DNA from: a virus
Taxonomy: Duplodnaviria > Caudoviricetes
Reading direction: 5' to 3' (one strand)
Virus record (IMG/VR): IMGVR_UViG_3300027895_000007
Span: 1 to 55,234 of that record
Length of the DNA: 55,234 nucleotides
Shown: piece after piece, positions 26,544 to 37,200 of the stretch
Layout: the number at the start of each line of letters is the position of its first letter
Numbering within the stretch: the stretch's first letter is position 1
Translations under genes and position numbers: made by a program
Notes under the pieces: model-generated
Database searches by the model: none
What the model was told of the DNA's origin: nothing
What the model saw: only the letters and a program-made list of their open reading frames with translations

Positions 26544-27500
26544 GTGGCTTACAACAAAGTCGATATTTTCACGCTGGCAGCCCGAAACGAATTCATTTCG
26601 GGGTACAACGCCACGCCGGAACCGCCGCCGATCGACAAGGCTATCAATCAGTTCCCCTCGACAGGCCGCATCGAAACGTACGCCTGGATGGATCCGGCTC
26701 CCGGTATCCAAGCATGGCAGGGATACCGGCGCTTCGGCAAGATCGGCCAGGTCAACTACCAGGTGCCGAATATCGTCTATGACGGTGCGTTCGAGATTCT
26801 CAACGACGACATCAAAGACGACCAGACCGGCGGTTACATGCTGAAGTCGAAGGAACTCGGCAAAAACGCCAAAAACTGGTACACGATTGCTGTGCAAGAG
26901 AACCTCGCGCTTGGCCAGACGACACCGTGCTTTGATGGGTCCAATTTCTTCAGCGCGACGCACGTTATCGGCAGTTATCCGGCTGGCGGCAACGTCTTCA
27001 CAGCGACAACTGCCGGTAACGACGGGATCACGCATTGTATGGTTGGTCTCGTGACTGCCGGCATGCTCAAGCCACTGCTCTGGCAGAATCGGGAAGCTGC
27101 TCAGTTCCGCACCGACGCCGGGGATAACGCATCGTCCTTGAATCGCGTAACGCGCGCATGGGCCGAGCTTCGCGGCGCGCCGGCCTTCGGTTATTGGTGG
27201 ACGGCCGTGCTCTGCAAATATGCCAACACACCAACGATCGCCGAGGTGCTGACGGCCTTGCAGACGATGAACACACGCCTGCGGCAGTTCATCCTGCCGA
27301 AGAATCAGACAGGCGACCCGAACCAGTACGCCAATGGGCAAATCCAGTTCAACAAGAACACGCTGATGATCGTGAACAGTTCCGGCATCGAAATCCTGTT
27401 GAAGCAGGCGCTGGAACTGAGCCTCATCAGCCAGACGGAAAACATCTTCAAGGGCTATGCCGATCAGGTGACCTCGCAATATCTCGACAACGTTACATAG
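26544..27500 (+). CDS. Major capsid protein (Mu gpT-like)
   Basis: PSTG..ETYAW, DIKDDQTG, CFDGSNFF..TH, KPLLWQNR and AFGYWW motifs. Confidence 0.88.
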   Translation: MAYNKVDIFTLAARNEFISGYNATPEPPPIDKAINQFPSTGRIETYAWMDPAPGIQAWQGYRRFGKIGQVNYQVPNIVYDGAFEILNDDIKDDQTGGYMLKSKELGKNAKNWYTIAVQENLALGQTTPCFDGSNFFSATHVIGSYPAGGNVFTATTAGNDGITHCMVGLVTAGMLKPLLWQNREAAQFRTDAGDNASSLNRVTRAWAELRGAPAFGYWWTAVLCKYANTPTIAEVLTALQTMNTRLRQFILPKNQTGDPNQYANGQIQFNKNTLMIVNSSGIEILLKQALELSLISQTENIFKGYADQVTSQYLDNVT

Positions 27501-27512
27501 CGACCGCGGACG

Positions 27513-27543
27513 GCGGGATGTGTCGCAAGCCGGACTACCCCGC
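27513..27543 (+). repeat. Internal-loop hairpin motif, copy 1
   Basis: GCGGGATGTGT...CGGACTACCCCGC; identical flanks recur at 49781-49823. Confidence 0.7.
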
Positions 27544-27574
27544 CTGTTCTTTCCGAAGTGATTGATGGAGTCGT

Positions 27575-27964
27575 GTGATAAACATGGTCTATGATTTCAC
27601 AAAAAGCGATTGTCGCAGCGCATTAGAAGAGCGTCTTCGTATCACGTTCGATGCGCATTTTAATAGACGCCATGCTGCGTTGCCTTGTGTCGATGAACCG
27701 AATGATTACGAAGCGGAAGGGGATTTTTCAATACCCTACCTTCCGGCATTTGACGACTTGACAGGCATCTATTACAAGCTGCAACATCTTGCCGAAAACG
27801 CTGCCAATAGCTTCCCAACCAGCAAGCCGAGGTTGTCGATTCAGTGGGAAAAAGACTCTTTCACAATCAGAGTCGAATTCAAAGCTGATCGGCAAAAGAC
27901 TGTTGCAAAACAAAAGATGCTGGAAGAACGATACGCAACCGCCGCTGGCTTTGAGGGTATCTGA
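27575..27964 (+). CDS. Lower-GC hypothetical protein (moron-like)
   Basis: ORF track; GGAG RBS; visibly more AT-rich than flanking genes. Confidence 0.55.
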   Translation: MINMVYDFTKSDCRSALEERLRITFDAHFNRRHAALPCVDEPNDYEAEGDFSIPYLPAFDDLTGIYYKLQHLAENAANSFPTSKPRLSIQWEKDSFTIRVEFKADRQKTVAKQKMLEERYATAAGFEGI

Positions 27965-28392
27965 TGCTGAATCTAAAGAGTCCGCAGCGTCTGGGACACT
28001 GTGCCAAATGCCAAGGCTCTCTGTGCATGAGCGGCCCGGACGTTATCTGCTCTGTCTGCAGCCTTCCGGCTCCGGCGCATGTATTCGTGGAATGCACCGG
28101 ACCGCACACGGACAGCGGGCAGCCGGCAATAAGCCAGAAGCCTGCCGGCAGGCGCTGCAAGGCGTGCGACGTGTTGGAGCAGCACCACTTGCCTGCCGAA
28201 ATTGTCCAGCGGCCCAAAGACAAGGGCAACCCGCGTGGCGGCGAGGTGCCGGGATACAAGACAGTGCCGACCGAGCAGGCAGTCACTTGGATCGACCGCA
28301 TCAAGACGCTCGAGGGACGGCAAGCGGCGATGGCTCAGGACTTAGCCGCAATCCGCTCGCTTTTGGAAGAGCAGAACAAACGCCGCAAGTAA
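27964..28392 (+). CDS. Cys-rich hypothetical protein
   Basis: Three CxxC pairs and a C-terminal coiled coil. Confidence 0.6.
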   Translation: MLNLKSPQRLGHCAKCQGSLCMSGPDVICSVCSLPAPAHVFVECTGPHTDSGQPAISQKPAGRRCKACDVLEQHHLPAEIVQRPKDKGNPRGGEVPGYKTVPTEQAVTWIDRIKTLEGRQAAMAQDLAAIRSLLEEQNKRRK

Positions 28393-28405
28393 AGAGGGTT
28401 CCGCA

Positions 28406-28681
28406 ATGACGTGGCCGTGGCAGGGACTACATCAGGGGGCCAACGCGGTTATCCCGGTCGATTCGTTCCAGAATGCGGCGCAGATTACCGGCAACGACAC
28501 GATGGACCTGGCCACTATTCCGCAGCAGCTTTACATAGGCGGGGCCGGCTCTGTGTCGGTTAATTTGGCCGGGAGCGGCTCTTGCTCATTCGCAGGTGTT
28601 GCAGGCGGGTATCTCAAGATCAATCCGAGCCGAGTTTTCGCAACGGGCACGAGCGCAACAGGCATCGTGGGGCTGTGGTAA
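28406..28681 (+). CDS. Small virion protein (spike-base-like)
   Basis: LYIGGAGSVSV...RVFATGTSATGIVGLW pattern typical of small phage head-spike proteins. Confidence 0.65.
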   Translation: MTWPWQGLHQGANAVIPVDSFQNAAQITGNDTMDLATIPQQLYIGGAGSVSVNLAGSGSCSFAGVAGGYLKINPSRVFATGTSATGIVGLW

Positions 28682-29203
28682 ATGTTCATCCAGGACGCCG
28701 ACATTCTGACAGCGGTGGCCAACATGCTCAGGCAGCGGGGCGGCTCCGCTGCCCTTGCACCGTTCTGGAGCCAGATTGTGATTGGCGTCGGCTCCTTCGC
28801 AGGCAAGGGATCGCACAACAGCGCTTACCAGGACATCGTTGACGCGCTCACGCAGCGTGGCTTCTCGATTGCCCAGATCAACCAGTGGGACCGCGGGGCG
28901 GAATTCGAGCTTCAGCAGTCACTCTTCTGGACCTACACTCTGGCCGGCGACTCGGCGCAGATGGATGCGTTACAGATTCGGAGTTTGGACAAGCGGGCCG
29001 AACTGAAGAGCATGACGCAGTTGAGCATCGCCGGGGTGTGGCAGCAGCCGAACGCGGCGCCGAACCAACTGCCGGGCGGTTGCATGACCGGACCGAGCCA
29101 GACGGCTATCAATCTGTCCTGGCAAAACGGTCCGGGAGGCGGTCCTTACGGTGGTTGTTGCGGCCCTGACTACGGGGGCGGCCCCTACGGCATAGGTTGG
29201 TGA
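28682..29203 (+). CDS. Putative head-tail adaptor
   Basis: Synteny; helical composition. Confidence 0.55.
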   Translation: MFIQDADILTAVANMLRQRGGSAALAPFWSQIVIGVGSFAGKGSHNSAYQDIVDALTQRGFSIAQINQWDRGAEFELQQSLFWTYTLAGDSAQMDALQIRSLDKRAELKSMTQLSIAGVWQQPNAAPNQLPGGCMTGPSQTAINLSWQNGPGGGPYGGCCGPDYGGGPYGIGW

Positions 29204-29673
29204 TGAACGATTACACGCGAGCCTTCAAAATCATCAAGCAGCTGCTCGGTGCGGCGACTAAGGAGAATTTCCAGGGCTCGCATGATCCGGAAGGAAACGC
29301 TTGGCTGCCGCTGAAACGGCCTCGAGCGCGAGGACAGAAAGCCAGAGCGAAGATTCAAAAGAAGATTCGCGGCAAGGGAGTGTATGCGGACGAAGCCGAC
29401 AAGCCCCTGCTCGATACCGGCATCCTGCGGAACACGACAGCGGGGGCCGGTAATCAGGGTGATGGAGCAGAAGGCGGACACATAGAGCAGATAACGCCGA
29501 CTTCGCTCACCTATGGGACGAATCTCTACTATGCCCACTTCCACCAGTATGGCGCACCAAAGGCGAACATTCCGCCGCGTGTATTTCTTGGCTGGAATCG
29601 GCATTTGCTCGACGAAGCAAAACGCATCCTCAAGGAAGAGGCTGTCAGGCAACTGAGAGCGAGGCGGCGATGA
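29203..29673 (+). CDS. Virion morphogenesis protein (Mu gpG-like)
   Basis: DPEG..W.PL, LLDTG.L, GTN..YA.FHQYG and IPPR.FLG motifs. Confidence 0.85.
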   Translation: MNDYTRAFKIIKQLLGAATKENFQGSHDPEGNAWLPLKRPRARGQKARAKIQKKIRGKGVYADEADKPLLDTGILRNTTAGAGNQGDGAEGGHIEQITPTSLTYGTNLYYAHFHQYGAPKANIPPRVFLGWNRHLLDEAKRILKEEAVRQLRARRR

Positions 29674-30176
29674 GTCCAAGGCCATACGTCGCTGTCAGCG
29701 AAAAACTCATCCTGGCTTCCCAGGCTCTGACAATCGCTTCGGTTCAGCAGAACCCGACCTTGTTCCCGTACCTGTCAGCTGCGCAGGTGTGGGATCAGAT
29801 TAAGGAAAACCCGGAGCCGGTCGACTTCCCGGCCGTGCTCTTTTCCACCGAGGGTGTGAGCGAGACTTATGAAGCGATCGACGAATACAACGACGCGGTT
29901 ACGCGGCCACTGGTGTGTGCGATCCTGGACCGCGACGATTTGCGCGATCCGAGCAGGCGGCCGGTGTACAGCGGCTGGCGGGAATCTCTAATCCGCGTGT
30001 TCCGCTGGCCGCCGAACACGAATATGATCCTGGCCCAGTGCCCGACAGTGACCGCTTGCAAGGTGCGACCTGGCGTGATTGTGGATCGGTCAGCAAGTTT
30101 TCTCCAGCTCATGCGGACTGGATTCACGCTGGAGTTTCGGAGCATCGAACCTCGGGGCGTGTTGGCTCAATCGTAG
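29670..30176 (+). CDS. Putative tail terminator / completion protein
   Basis: Synteny; FPAV motif. Confidence 0.55.
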   Translation: MSPRPYVAVSEKLILASQALTIASVQQNPTLFPYLSAAQVWDQIKENPEPVDFPAVLFSTEGVSETYEAIDEYNDAVTRPLVCAILDRDDLRDPSRRPVYSGWRESLIRVFRWPPNTNMILAQCPTVTACKVRPGVIVDRSASFLQLMRTGFTLEFRSIEPRGVLAQS

Positions 30177-30189
30177 GGGGTGTGTAAGA

Positions 30190-30765
30190 ATGTCCAATTC
30201 AAGCGACAGTATTTACATTAGCAACATCCCGATTGGCTATACCGGGCAGGACAACACTGTCAATGGGTCACTGTCCGGTTCCTATCCGCTCTGCAAGCCG
30301 TCTTTAGGTGGACTGACCTTTAATCCTGGCACAGGCGCAGGACTTGTCACGCAAGAGACGGAAAACCTGTTCCTGATTCCGCCTTCCGGTGTCTGTTCGA
30401 TAAACTTGCACACCGGGGTTGCTCAGATCGCTGGCGTCTCCACGATCACGATGACAAACGGTTCCGGGCTAAACTTTGCCCTGGTCACTGGTCTGAAACT
30501 CATCGAAGCGTATTTGAACGGCGGCGCTGGCTCAGCATCCAGTATCACGCTGTCGGGTGGATCCACTAGCCCGTTCGCCGGCTGGTTCGGTGGTGGCACA
30601 GGTGAGCCAGTTCGCAACGGCGCGGGCGGTCCAGGTGCGGACACGCGGCATATTTGCGGCGACAGTATCGGCTTTGCTGTTTCGGCAACAGTGGCAAATT
30701 TGCTCATCACCAACAACGACGGGGCGAACACGGCGACGGTGAACGTGTTGCTGGCCGGCTGCTAA
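30190..30765 (+). CDS. Virion structural protein
   Basis: Gly/Thr-rich beta composition within the tail module. Confidence 0.6.
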   Translation: MSNSSDSIYISNIPIGYTGQDNTVNGSLSGSYPLCKPSLGGLTFNPGTGAGLVTQETENLFLIPPSGVCSINLHTGVAQIAGVSTITMTNGSGLNFALVTGLKLIEAYLNGGAGSASSITLSGGSTSPFAGWFGGGTGEPVRNGAGGPGADTRHICGDSIGFAVSATVANLLITNNDGANTATVNVLLAGC

Positions 30766-30777
30766 GGGAGGTGGATC

Positions 30778-31227
30778 GTGGCTTCCTGGGCCGGCATCCC
30801 GACCGAATACGTCGGCTTGAACGTCGCTTGCGACATCCGACTGTCACTCATTGGCACTTACGTTGCCTACAAAGCCGCGCAAATCCGCATCACTCTTGAT
30901 GGCAGCACCGGCAATGTCACCAGCGGAGAAGACTTGAGCGAGCGGCAGGTGCCGCAGGTTCCCAAGTACGAAATCGAGATCACAAAGGCCAGCTATGATC
31001 CCGAAAACGATCCTTTCGGGGCCGCTTTCGATTTTCTTGAATGGGGTGCATTCATCGACATTCGCGTCTACCCAGGGGGGAGAACGGGAACTGTCACTCC
31101 TTGGCTATTTGCCGTGTCTCTTATCAACCGATTCGGCGTGGACTCCGACGCCAACGGCCTGCAGCCTGTCTCGCTGAGCGCTATCTGTGCCGCCGGCAAT
31201 GATCCCGACGAGTGGTACAACACATGA
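30778..31227 (+). CDS. Putative tail tube protein
   Basis: Size and position before the chaperone; GGAGG RBS. Confidence 0.6.
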   Translation: MASWAGIPTEYVGLNVACDIRLSLIGTYVAYKAAQIRITLDGSTGNVTSGEDLSERQVPQVPKYEIEITKASYDPENDPFGAAFDFLEWGAFIDIRVYPGGRTGTVTPWLFAVSLINRFGVDSDANGLQPVSLSAICAAGNDPDEWYNT

Positions 31228-31769
31228 GCGACGTTCTCAAGGCCAAATTCGATTTCCTCTTCGACGGCAAGATGTTGTCGTTCGCCGTGCCGACCTACGA
31301 AATCGAGCAGGCGTTCACGAACTGGCTCGAAATGCGGGCACACTCCAAGATCGCGCGCAGGCAAAAAGAACTGGTCGAGGCCGGGACGTATCTCACAAAC
31401 ATGACCATCTGGCAGAACAACGTCGATACGGACGCCTACGACTGGGCCGGGTTCATCGCGGACCGCAGTCGGCAGAGCGAACCGGGTCAGAAGCATCTGC
31501 TGTGGCTCATGCTAGAGAAGTGCTCGCAGGGGACGCCGGTGCGTCTTGTGGATCACATCTTCGCCGATCCTGTCACGCGGGAGCTGCTCTTTTGCACGGA
31601 GGACGGTAAGCCGCTCGGTCTCTACTGGCGAGCGGTCGCACTTGGCCGCCCTACGTCGCGGGAGACGCCGACAGTGACGACTCCCGAACAGGATGGGAAT
31701 GGGTCTTCAAACGGCTCTGCGATTACGGAGCCGAGGGCCGATACGATCCCGAAATCGTCCGCGGCATGA
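31224..31769 (+). CDS. Tail assembly chaperone (G-like)
   Basis: Position before the tape measure; overlaps an open -1 frame. Confidence 0.65.
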   Translation: MSDVLKAKFDFLFDGKMLSFAVPTYEIEQAFTNWLEMRAHSKIARRQKELVEAGTYLTNMTIWQNNVDTDAYDWAGFIADRSRQSEPGQKHLLWLMLEKCSQGTPVRLVDHIFADPVTRELLFCTEDGKPLGLYWRAVALGRPTSRETPTVTTPEQDGNGSSNGSAITEPRADTIPKSSAA

Positions 31770-32002
31770 GCTGGGCTTTCGTCTGTCAAATCGTGTTCTG
31801 CCGACGAGACAGGGACCGGTTGCCGATTTTGCCGGAAAAGCAGAAGACCGAGAAGCCTCAGCGAGACATGATGCGTTACTACGACTGGCGGAGGGGCTAC
31901 CCGCCGCATCTTATCGAACAGCGGGCGCAGGAACGCGAGGCGAGTATGAAGGAGAGACGGGAGCAAAGTCATGGCGGGAGACACAACCAGCGATCGCGTT
32001 GA
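31649..32002 (+). CDS. Tail assembly chaperone T segment (-1 frame)
   Basis: -1 frame open from ~31610 reading YVAGDADSDDSRTGWEWVFKRLC..YDPEIVRGMSW. Confidence 0.6.
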   Translation, partial: PYVAGDADSDDSRTGWEWVFKRLCDYGAEGRYDPEIVRGMSWAFVCQIVFCRRDRDRLPILPEKQKTEKPQRDMMRYYDWRRGYPPHLIEQRAQEREASMKERREQSHGGRHNQRSR

Positions 32003-33047
32003 AATCGAAATGGTTGTCAAGGATGACACTGACGCTGGCATGGATGCGGCTCTAAAAAAGAACAATGCCAAGGCCCAGCATAACCCGGTCAACATCCCCG
32101 TCACGACGAAAGGCCCATCGGCCATTACCAACATCGCAGTTCCTTCCGGTCCACGTCCGCTTAACTTTCCGGCAGGTCCGCCGAAGTCGCTGGCCGAAGT
32201 GCGGGCAGACCTGAAGAGACAGGCAGCGGAAACGGCAGCTTCGCAAGTGCCGGCAGCCAAGCCATTAAACATCCCGTCCGCGCCGCCGAAGTCGTTGGCC
32301 GAAGTGCGTGAGGAGATGAAACAAAGAACCGAACAGGCGCGTCAGGACACGGATTCTGCGAAGGCGCTTAAAGGACTCAAGGATCAGGCGAAGGGTGCCG
32401 AGTTCGGCCTGAAGACGTTCAAGCAAGCCGCTTCCGGTATTCCGGGCCTTGGATTTCTTGCTGCTGCGGGTCCCGCCGGCGCAATCATAGCCGGGGCCAG
32501 CGCAATTGCAGGTGCAGTATCGGCCGCAGGCACGTTCTTTCGCGAGAACGCCTTGTCTACTGCCGGGGTGGCAAATCCAAATCTAAAAGCAACTTTGGAG
32601 GAATCCAAAAAACGCCGGGAAATCCAAGTGGGGCTAGGCAATCAGGAATATACGCGAGAAGAATCGTACCGTCAGCAGTATAACGCTGATCTTGCCAAAC
32701 AACGTCGGGAAGGACGTCTTGGAATTCTTGGCTACGCGCGGGCGTACCGAGGGGAAGTTGGAGCAGACCTGCCACCTTGGCTTAGCGCGATCGGCGGTGC
32801 CACTACTGGTGCAGGGGACAGTAATTCCAGCTACAACCTGTACAAGAAAAAGAACCCCCTGTTGGAGAGTTTTGCCGGCATGCCCCAAACCAAATCGGCC
32901 GGCGCAGAGGAATTGCATGATCTCTACCGCATGCAGAGCGATCAGGGTCCGCTTGAGCAAGCAAACCTGCGCGACCAGCTTGAGGCAATGGCGAAACTCA
33001 CGCAGGCGCTTTACGACACGCGCTCCCAACAACCTCATAGCTGGTGA
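31971..33047 (+). CDS. Short tape measure protein
   Basis: VEIEMVVKD.T N-terminus, Ala/Gly hydrophobic segment, position; PPKSLAEVR duplicated. Confidence 0.6.
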   Translation: MAGDTTSDRVEIEMVVKDDTDAGMDAALKKNNAKAQHNPVNIPVTTKGPSAITNIAVPSGPRPLNFPAGPPKSLAEVRADLKRQAAETAASQVPAAKPLNIPSAPPKSLAEVREEMKQRTEQARQDTDSAKALKGLKDQAKGAEFGLKTFKQAASGIPGLGFLAAAGPAGAIIAGASAIAGAVSAAGTFFRENALSTAGVANPNLKATLEESKKRREIQVGLGNQEYTREESYRQQYNADLAKQRREGRLGILGYARAYRGEVGADLPPWLSAIGGATTGAGDSNSSYNLYKKKNPLLESFAGMPQTKSAGAEELHDLYRMQSDQGPLEQANLRDQLEAMAKLTQALYDTRSQQPHSW

Positions 33048-33050
33048 GCC

Positions 33051-34295
33051 ATGCCGGGCATTTGGCACAACACGAACTATTTTGAAAAGATGATCGATTC
33101 GCCTGCCGAGACGTTCGGCGGTTCGGCTGCGCGAGTCTTCCGCAAGTATTTCATCCAGGGATCAAAACGCATCCAAGCCGAGATAGATTTCATCGGCTAC
33201 CCGGTAGTAGTCAGCACGACCAACGCGACCAACGGCCTGCCAGTCACTTACATTTCGCGGGTGACACCGCACAGGTACAATCCCTTTCAGATGCTTCGCG
33301 TCCTACGCGGCAATGGTCCTGGATTCCCTCCACTGCCAGGGCCGTCGCCGACATCGACGACCTACGCGCTCCCACCTTGGATGTACTGCACGGCCTTCCC
33401 GAGCACGGCCATCAAGTCGATCGGCTCAATGGATCCGAACTACGTCGAGCTATCGCAAGACGACGTGGGCAACGGTTACAACACGGAAGTAACAGCGCAG
33501 TACCAGACGCTCGACTACCAGATTTGCGAGGACGCGGCGACGCTGGGGATTCAGCGCTATCCGCCGCTGAATCGCTTCAACGGCTACCCCGACGAAGCCT
33601 TGATGCGGCGAATGGTCTCCCGTTACTTCCGGGAGGGCGGGCGCTACACTGTTCTCGGTTTGGGATTCAGCTGTTGGGCTGGCGGCGATTTCTTCCCGAC
33701 GACGATGAGCTATCCGCCGCTCATCAAGGAGGGGCAGGCGATTTGGGAACCGCGCATCCAGATGACCTACATCTGGCGAGAGGTTCCGCTCGCGGCTGTA
33801 CCGTGGAGTATCTTGCAAACCTATGTCGGCGGGGTGAATCAATACGGCTTCGATCCAGAATGGTTCCCGACCTCTGGACTTTCTCCGCAAACGGTTCTTT
33901 TCAAGACGTGGGAGCCGAGCGAATTGGTGTGGACTTCAGACGGGCAAGCGGCTGTGAATCTCAAATACCAGTTTGTATACAATCCGAATGTCGATCTCGG
34001 TTCCGTGCGTGCTTCGACAATGGACCCGACAGCCAGGGTCACCTACGGTTGGAACCAATTTCCTTACTCGTCGCGCGGTTGGAACTGGCAGCTGACGCGG
34101 CTGTCGACACCATTTCCTATACCGGGGGGAGAACCGTTCGCAGGGCGATTAGTGGGCGTGGATTATCGGCCAGTGTTCTATTTAGCTGGCAAGCTCCTAC
34201 AGGCGCCCAATCTTCCGACTGCCGGACAGCCCTATGGAAATCAACCTTACAAAGTGGTAGATCTCAACAACCTCTTCCGTCCAGTGCAGCCATAA
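33051..34295 (+). CDS. Putative distal tail / baseplate hub protein
   Basis: Follows the tape measure; aromatic, beta-rich composition. Confidence 0.55.
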   Translation: MPGIWHNTNYFEKMIDSPAETFGGSAARVFRKYFIQGSKRIQAEIDFIGYPVVVSTTNATNGLPVTYISRVTPHRYNPFQMLRVLRGNGPGFPPLPGPSPTSTTYALPPWMYCTAFPSTAIKSIGSMDPNYVELSQDDVGNGYNTEVTAQYQTLDYQICEDAATLGIQRYPPLNRFNGYPDEALMRRMVSRYFREGGRYTVLGLGFSCWAGGDFFPTTMSYPPLIKEGQAIWEPRIQMTYIWREVPLAAVPWSILQTYVGGVNQYGFDPEWFPTSGLSPQTVLFKTWEPSELVWTSDGQAAVNLKYQFVYNPNVDLGSVRASTMDPTARVTYGWNQFPYSSRGWNWQLTRLSTPFPIPGGEPFAGRLVGVDYRPVFYLAGKLLQAPNLPTAGQPYGNQPYKVVDLNNLFRPVQP

Positions 34296-34297
34296 TC

Positions 34298-37200
34298 ATG
34301 CGCGATCCATGTCCCGGATTCCCTGAAGGTTTTTTCTCGATCCCGACCGACAACCCGGCCAAGAACAAGGAGACTGCGCGCCGACTCGAAGAGAACCGGA
34401 ACGCGGACGGTGCCGGACAGGTTTACGTCGCTGGCACTGGGTTCCAAGCCGAAGAGGGCGACGAAGTGTCGTTGCTCACGCCGACAAATGTCACGATCCG
34501 CGGGCAGATAACCGGGCAAGTTGTCGCTGGCTATCCGTTCTACTCGTTTCAACAGACGACCAGCACGGCCCAGACATCGACACCGGGCGGCCTGCTCGAA
34601 GTAACGAGCGGCGTCGAGGCGCAGAACCCGCTGGGCATCCAATCGGTTGTCGGCAACCAGTTGGCGCAGGAACGCAACGGCAATGTCAACGTCCCAACCG
34701 GAACCTTCGTTGACCTCTGGCTTGGCGACGACGGCCAGACGTGGTATTTCCTCTGGCAAGCGATTCCGTCGCCGGGCCTGCCCTTTGAATCGGACACTTG
34801 CGGCCTGACCCCGGACGGTTGCGGCAACTGGTCCATCGGCCTGACCCAAACCATCGGCACGCAGATCAGCACGAGCCTCGTCCAAGGCGGTTCGCTCACG
34901 ACAAATGTTCCGGTCAATTCGCTCGTTTTCTTCACTGGCTTCAACCCGCCTTCGCCGCCGAGTCCTCCCGAACCGCCTTCGCCGGGAGAGCAAGCTGAAC
35001 CCGGAATCGGCGGCGTGGTGTTCGACACGGAGATCGTTCTCAATGCTGGCTGGTATTGGGGCAGCAGTTCAGAGACGTATCCAGGCGGCGGCGGCCAAAC
35101 GTGGTCCGCCGCTGGTGGGATACAGGAGTATTTCACGACGGCTGGAGCAGCCACATTCACGAGCGCCTCTCTGCCCGGCAACAACACGTCACTCGGCAGC
35201 GGTACATTCGGGATCGGCTGCAACAATCAGGCTGGCCTCAGCGACATCGGCGTGACACCGGGCGCACTGCTAGGGGCCGGCACCGATAGTTCGACGGCTA
35301 ACGAGTGGTGCTACCAGCCGGGCAGCAGTTCCTTCGGCTGCATCACACTCACCGGGAGTTCCACGGTAGGAGGCGGGACATTCGGGCCTGGATTGCTGGT
35401 CTGGACCGGCGACGTGACCGTGAATTCGTACTCTGGCAACTCCTTCACCGGCTTCTGCATCGTGGCTGGTAATTACGTCGGTCCGGGCGCTATCATTTTC
35501 AACGCGGCCTCTGGCGCAGGAGCGACGGGCGCACCGAACCCGACGATGTATTGGGGTCTCGGCTCGGCATCGCTAGGCGCGGCCACGCTCGGACTCGGCG
35601 GACTCTTCGTCGGCGGCTGGACAGCGGGCGAGTTTCTCGGCATGGGTCCGCCTGGGCAAGCGACGCATTTCGCCGGGACCGCGGAATTCCAGCTGCCGTC
35701 CTCTTCGTCGATCGGCGGCGTGGCGACTGGCGGCGGTATCCTCAAGATCGCTTCAGACGCGCAGGTTGGTCCGGGCGGCTTCACCATTCAGCCGGGGGCT
35801 ATCCTGACTCCAGGCACACTGCTCACACAGACGCCGATCACGGCGAGCGACGTGTATCAGGGCATCAACGATGGCATGTCCAACGCCTATTTCGCGGGGT
35901 CTGTCAGCGTCCCAGTCTCGCCCTGGCGAGTGGTTCCTGGAGGTGTCGCCAATTTTTCACAGGAAGAAGCGGGCAGTCCTGTTTACTTACTCTCCGATAA
36001 TGTGCTGGTGTGCTTTGGAGACGGCACGATTACCACACAGAGCATTTGCGCCGGCAGTTACATCACAATCACGCCGGGCACGTCTCCGGACAACTGCCCA
36101 GCGGCCTATATCAATTGGGCTGGGCTGACAGTCACCGTTCCTGGCTCGTCCACGACTGCCGGTATCACCAATCTTTATTTCGCTGGTCCGGTAACGAACA
36201 TTGGCGGCGGCGGTATGTCGATCGGCTGTTGCACGACAGGCAACGCAACCGGGTCGCTAACTGTCATCGGCAAACCAGGTGGGGGCACAATCGGCAATGT
36301 CAGCAATCTAACGATCAACTATCCGGCCATCGGCATCACAGGAGGTGGCGAGGTCAACCAGCCATTTGTGACTGGGGATACGATCGGTAATGCTACGGCG
36401 ACGCTGCTTCCGCCTGGTATTACCGGAAGTATCATCAGCAACCAAATTGGAGCATCTTCAGTCGGAACAGCATGGCATGGCGACGGTTCGTTTACCTATT
36501 TGCCATCATCGCTTGGCGGCAGGGGGCAGGTAACACTCCAAGGCTCCAGCCCTGTCATCATAGTTGAAACAGCCGACACGCTTGGATTCTCGGGGGCTAA
36601 CATACTGCTAACTTCTGGCTCGACGGTGATCCCGCCGGGGGCTACCGGCTATCCGATTGCCTTATTTCGTATGAGTTCACCGTTAATTGAGAGTGGTGCT
36701 GGCTCTTATTACCAGTATGCAACAGATGTGACAGGTGCCCTATACGCTGCTATTGGTGTAGGCACTTCCAATGCGGTGGCAGCCATCGTTATGCAGGGCG
36801 GCGGCAGCATGAACCTGGGCTTCTTTTGCAACATTGATACGACCAGGGTGTCTGACCACTGCGTCACACAGCAAGGAATTAGCGGTAACAATTATGGCAG
36901 TCCGTTTCTTATATCGCTTATGTCCGCATTAGGTGCACCGACGCCTGGCGTTGGCTACAACTTAGTTAGTGATGGCAGTTCGTCTCTGACACCGAATGTC
37001 AACGACGGCTTCGTGTGGAACGGAAGCGACTGGGCGAACGCTCTCATTGTAAACTCGATTGCTAGCGCTGGCGGGACGATCGCGGTAACGCCGCTCGGCA
37101 CCGGCAACGTCAATCTTGAGACGAACGGAGCTTCAGGAACCGGAGCTGCCGGAGATACTTTTGTCGATGGGCTGTTTGAAGCGGCAGGCTCTTTGGCCCT

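Noticed and set aside
33377-34297. N-terminal 307 aa of the 1446-aa ORF
   Set aside because: Overlaps 33051..34295 out of frame and has Arg-rich shadow composition; ATG 34298 is the likely start.
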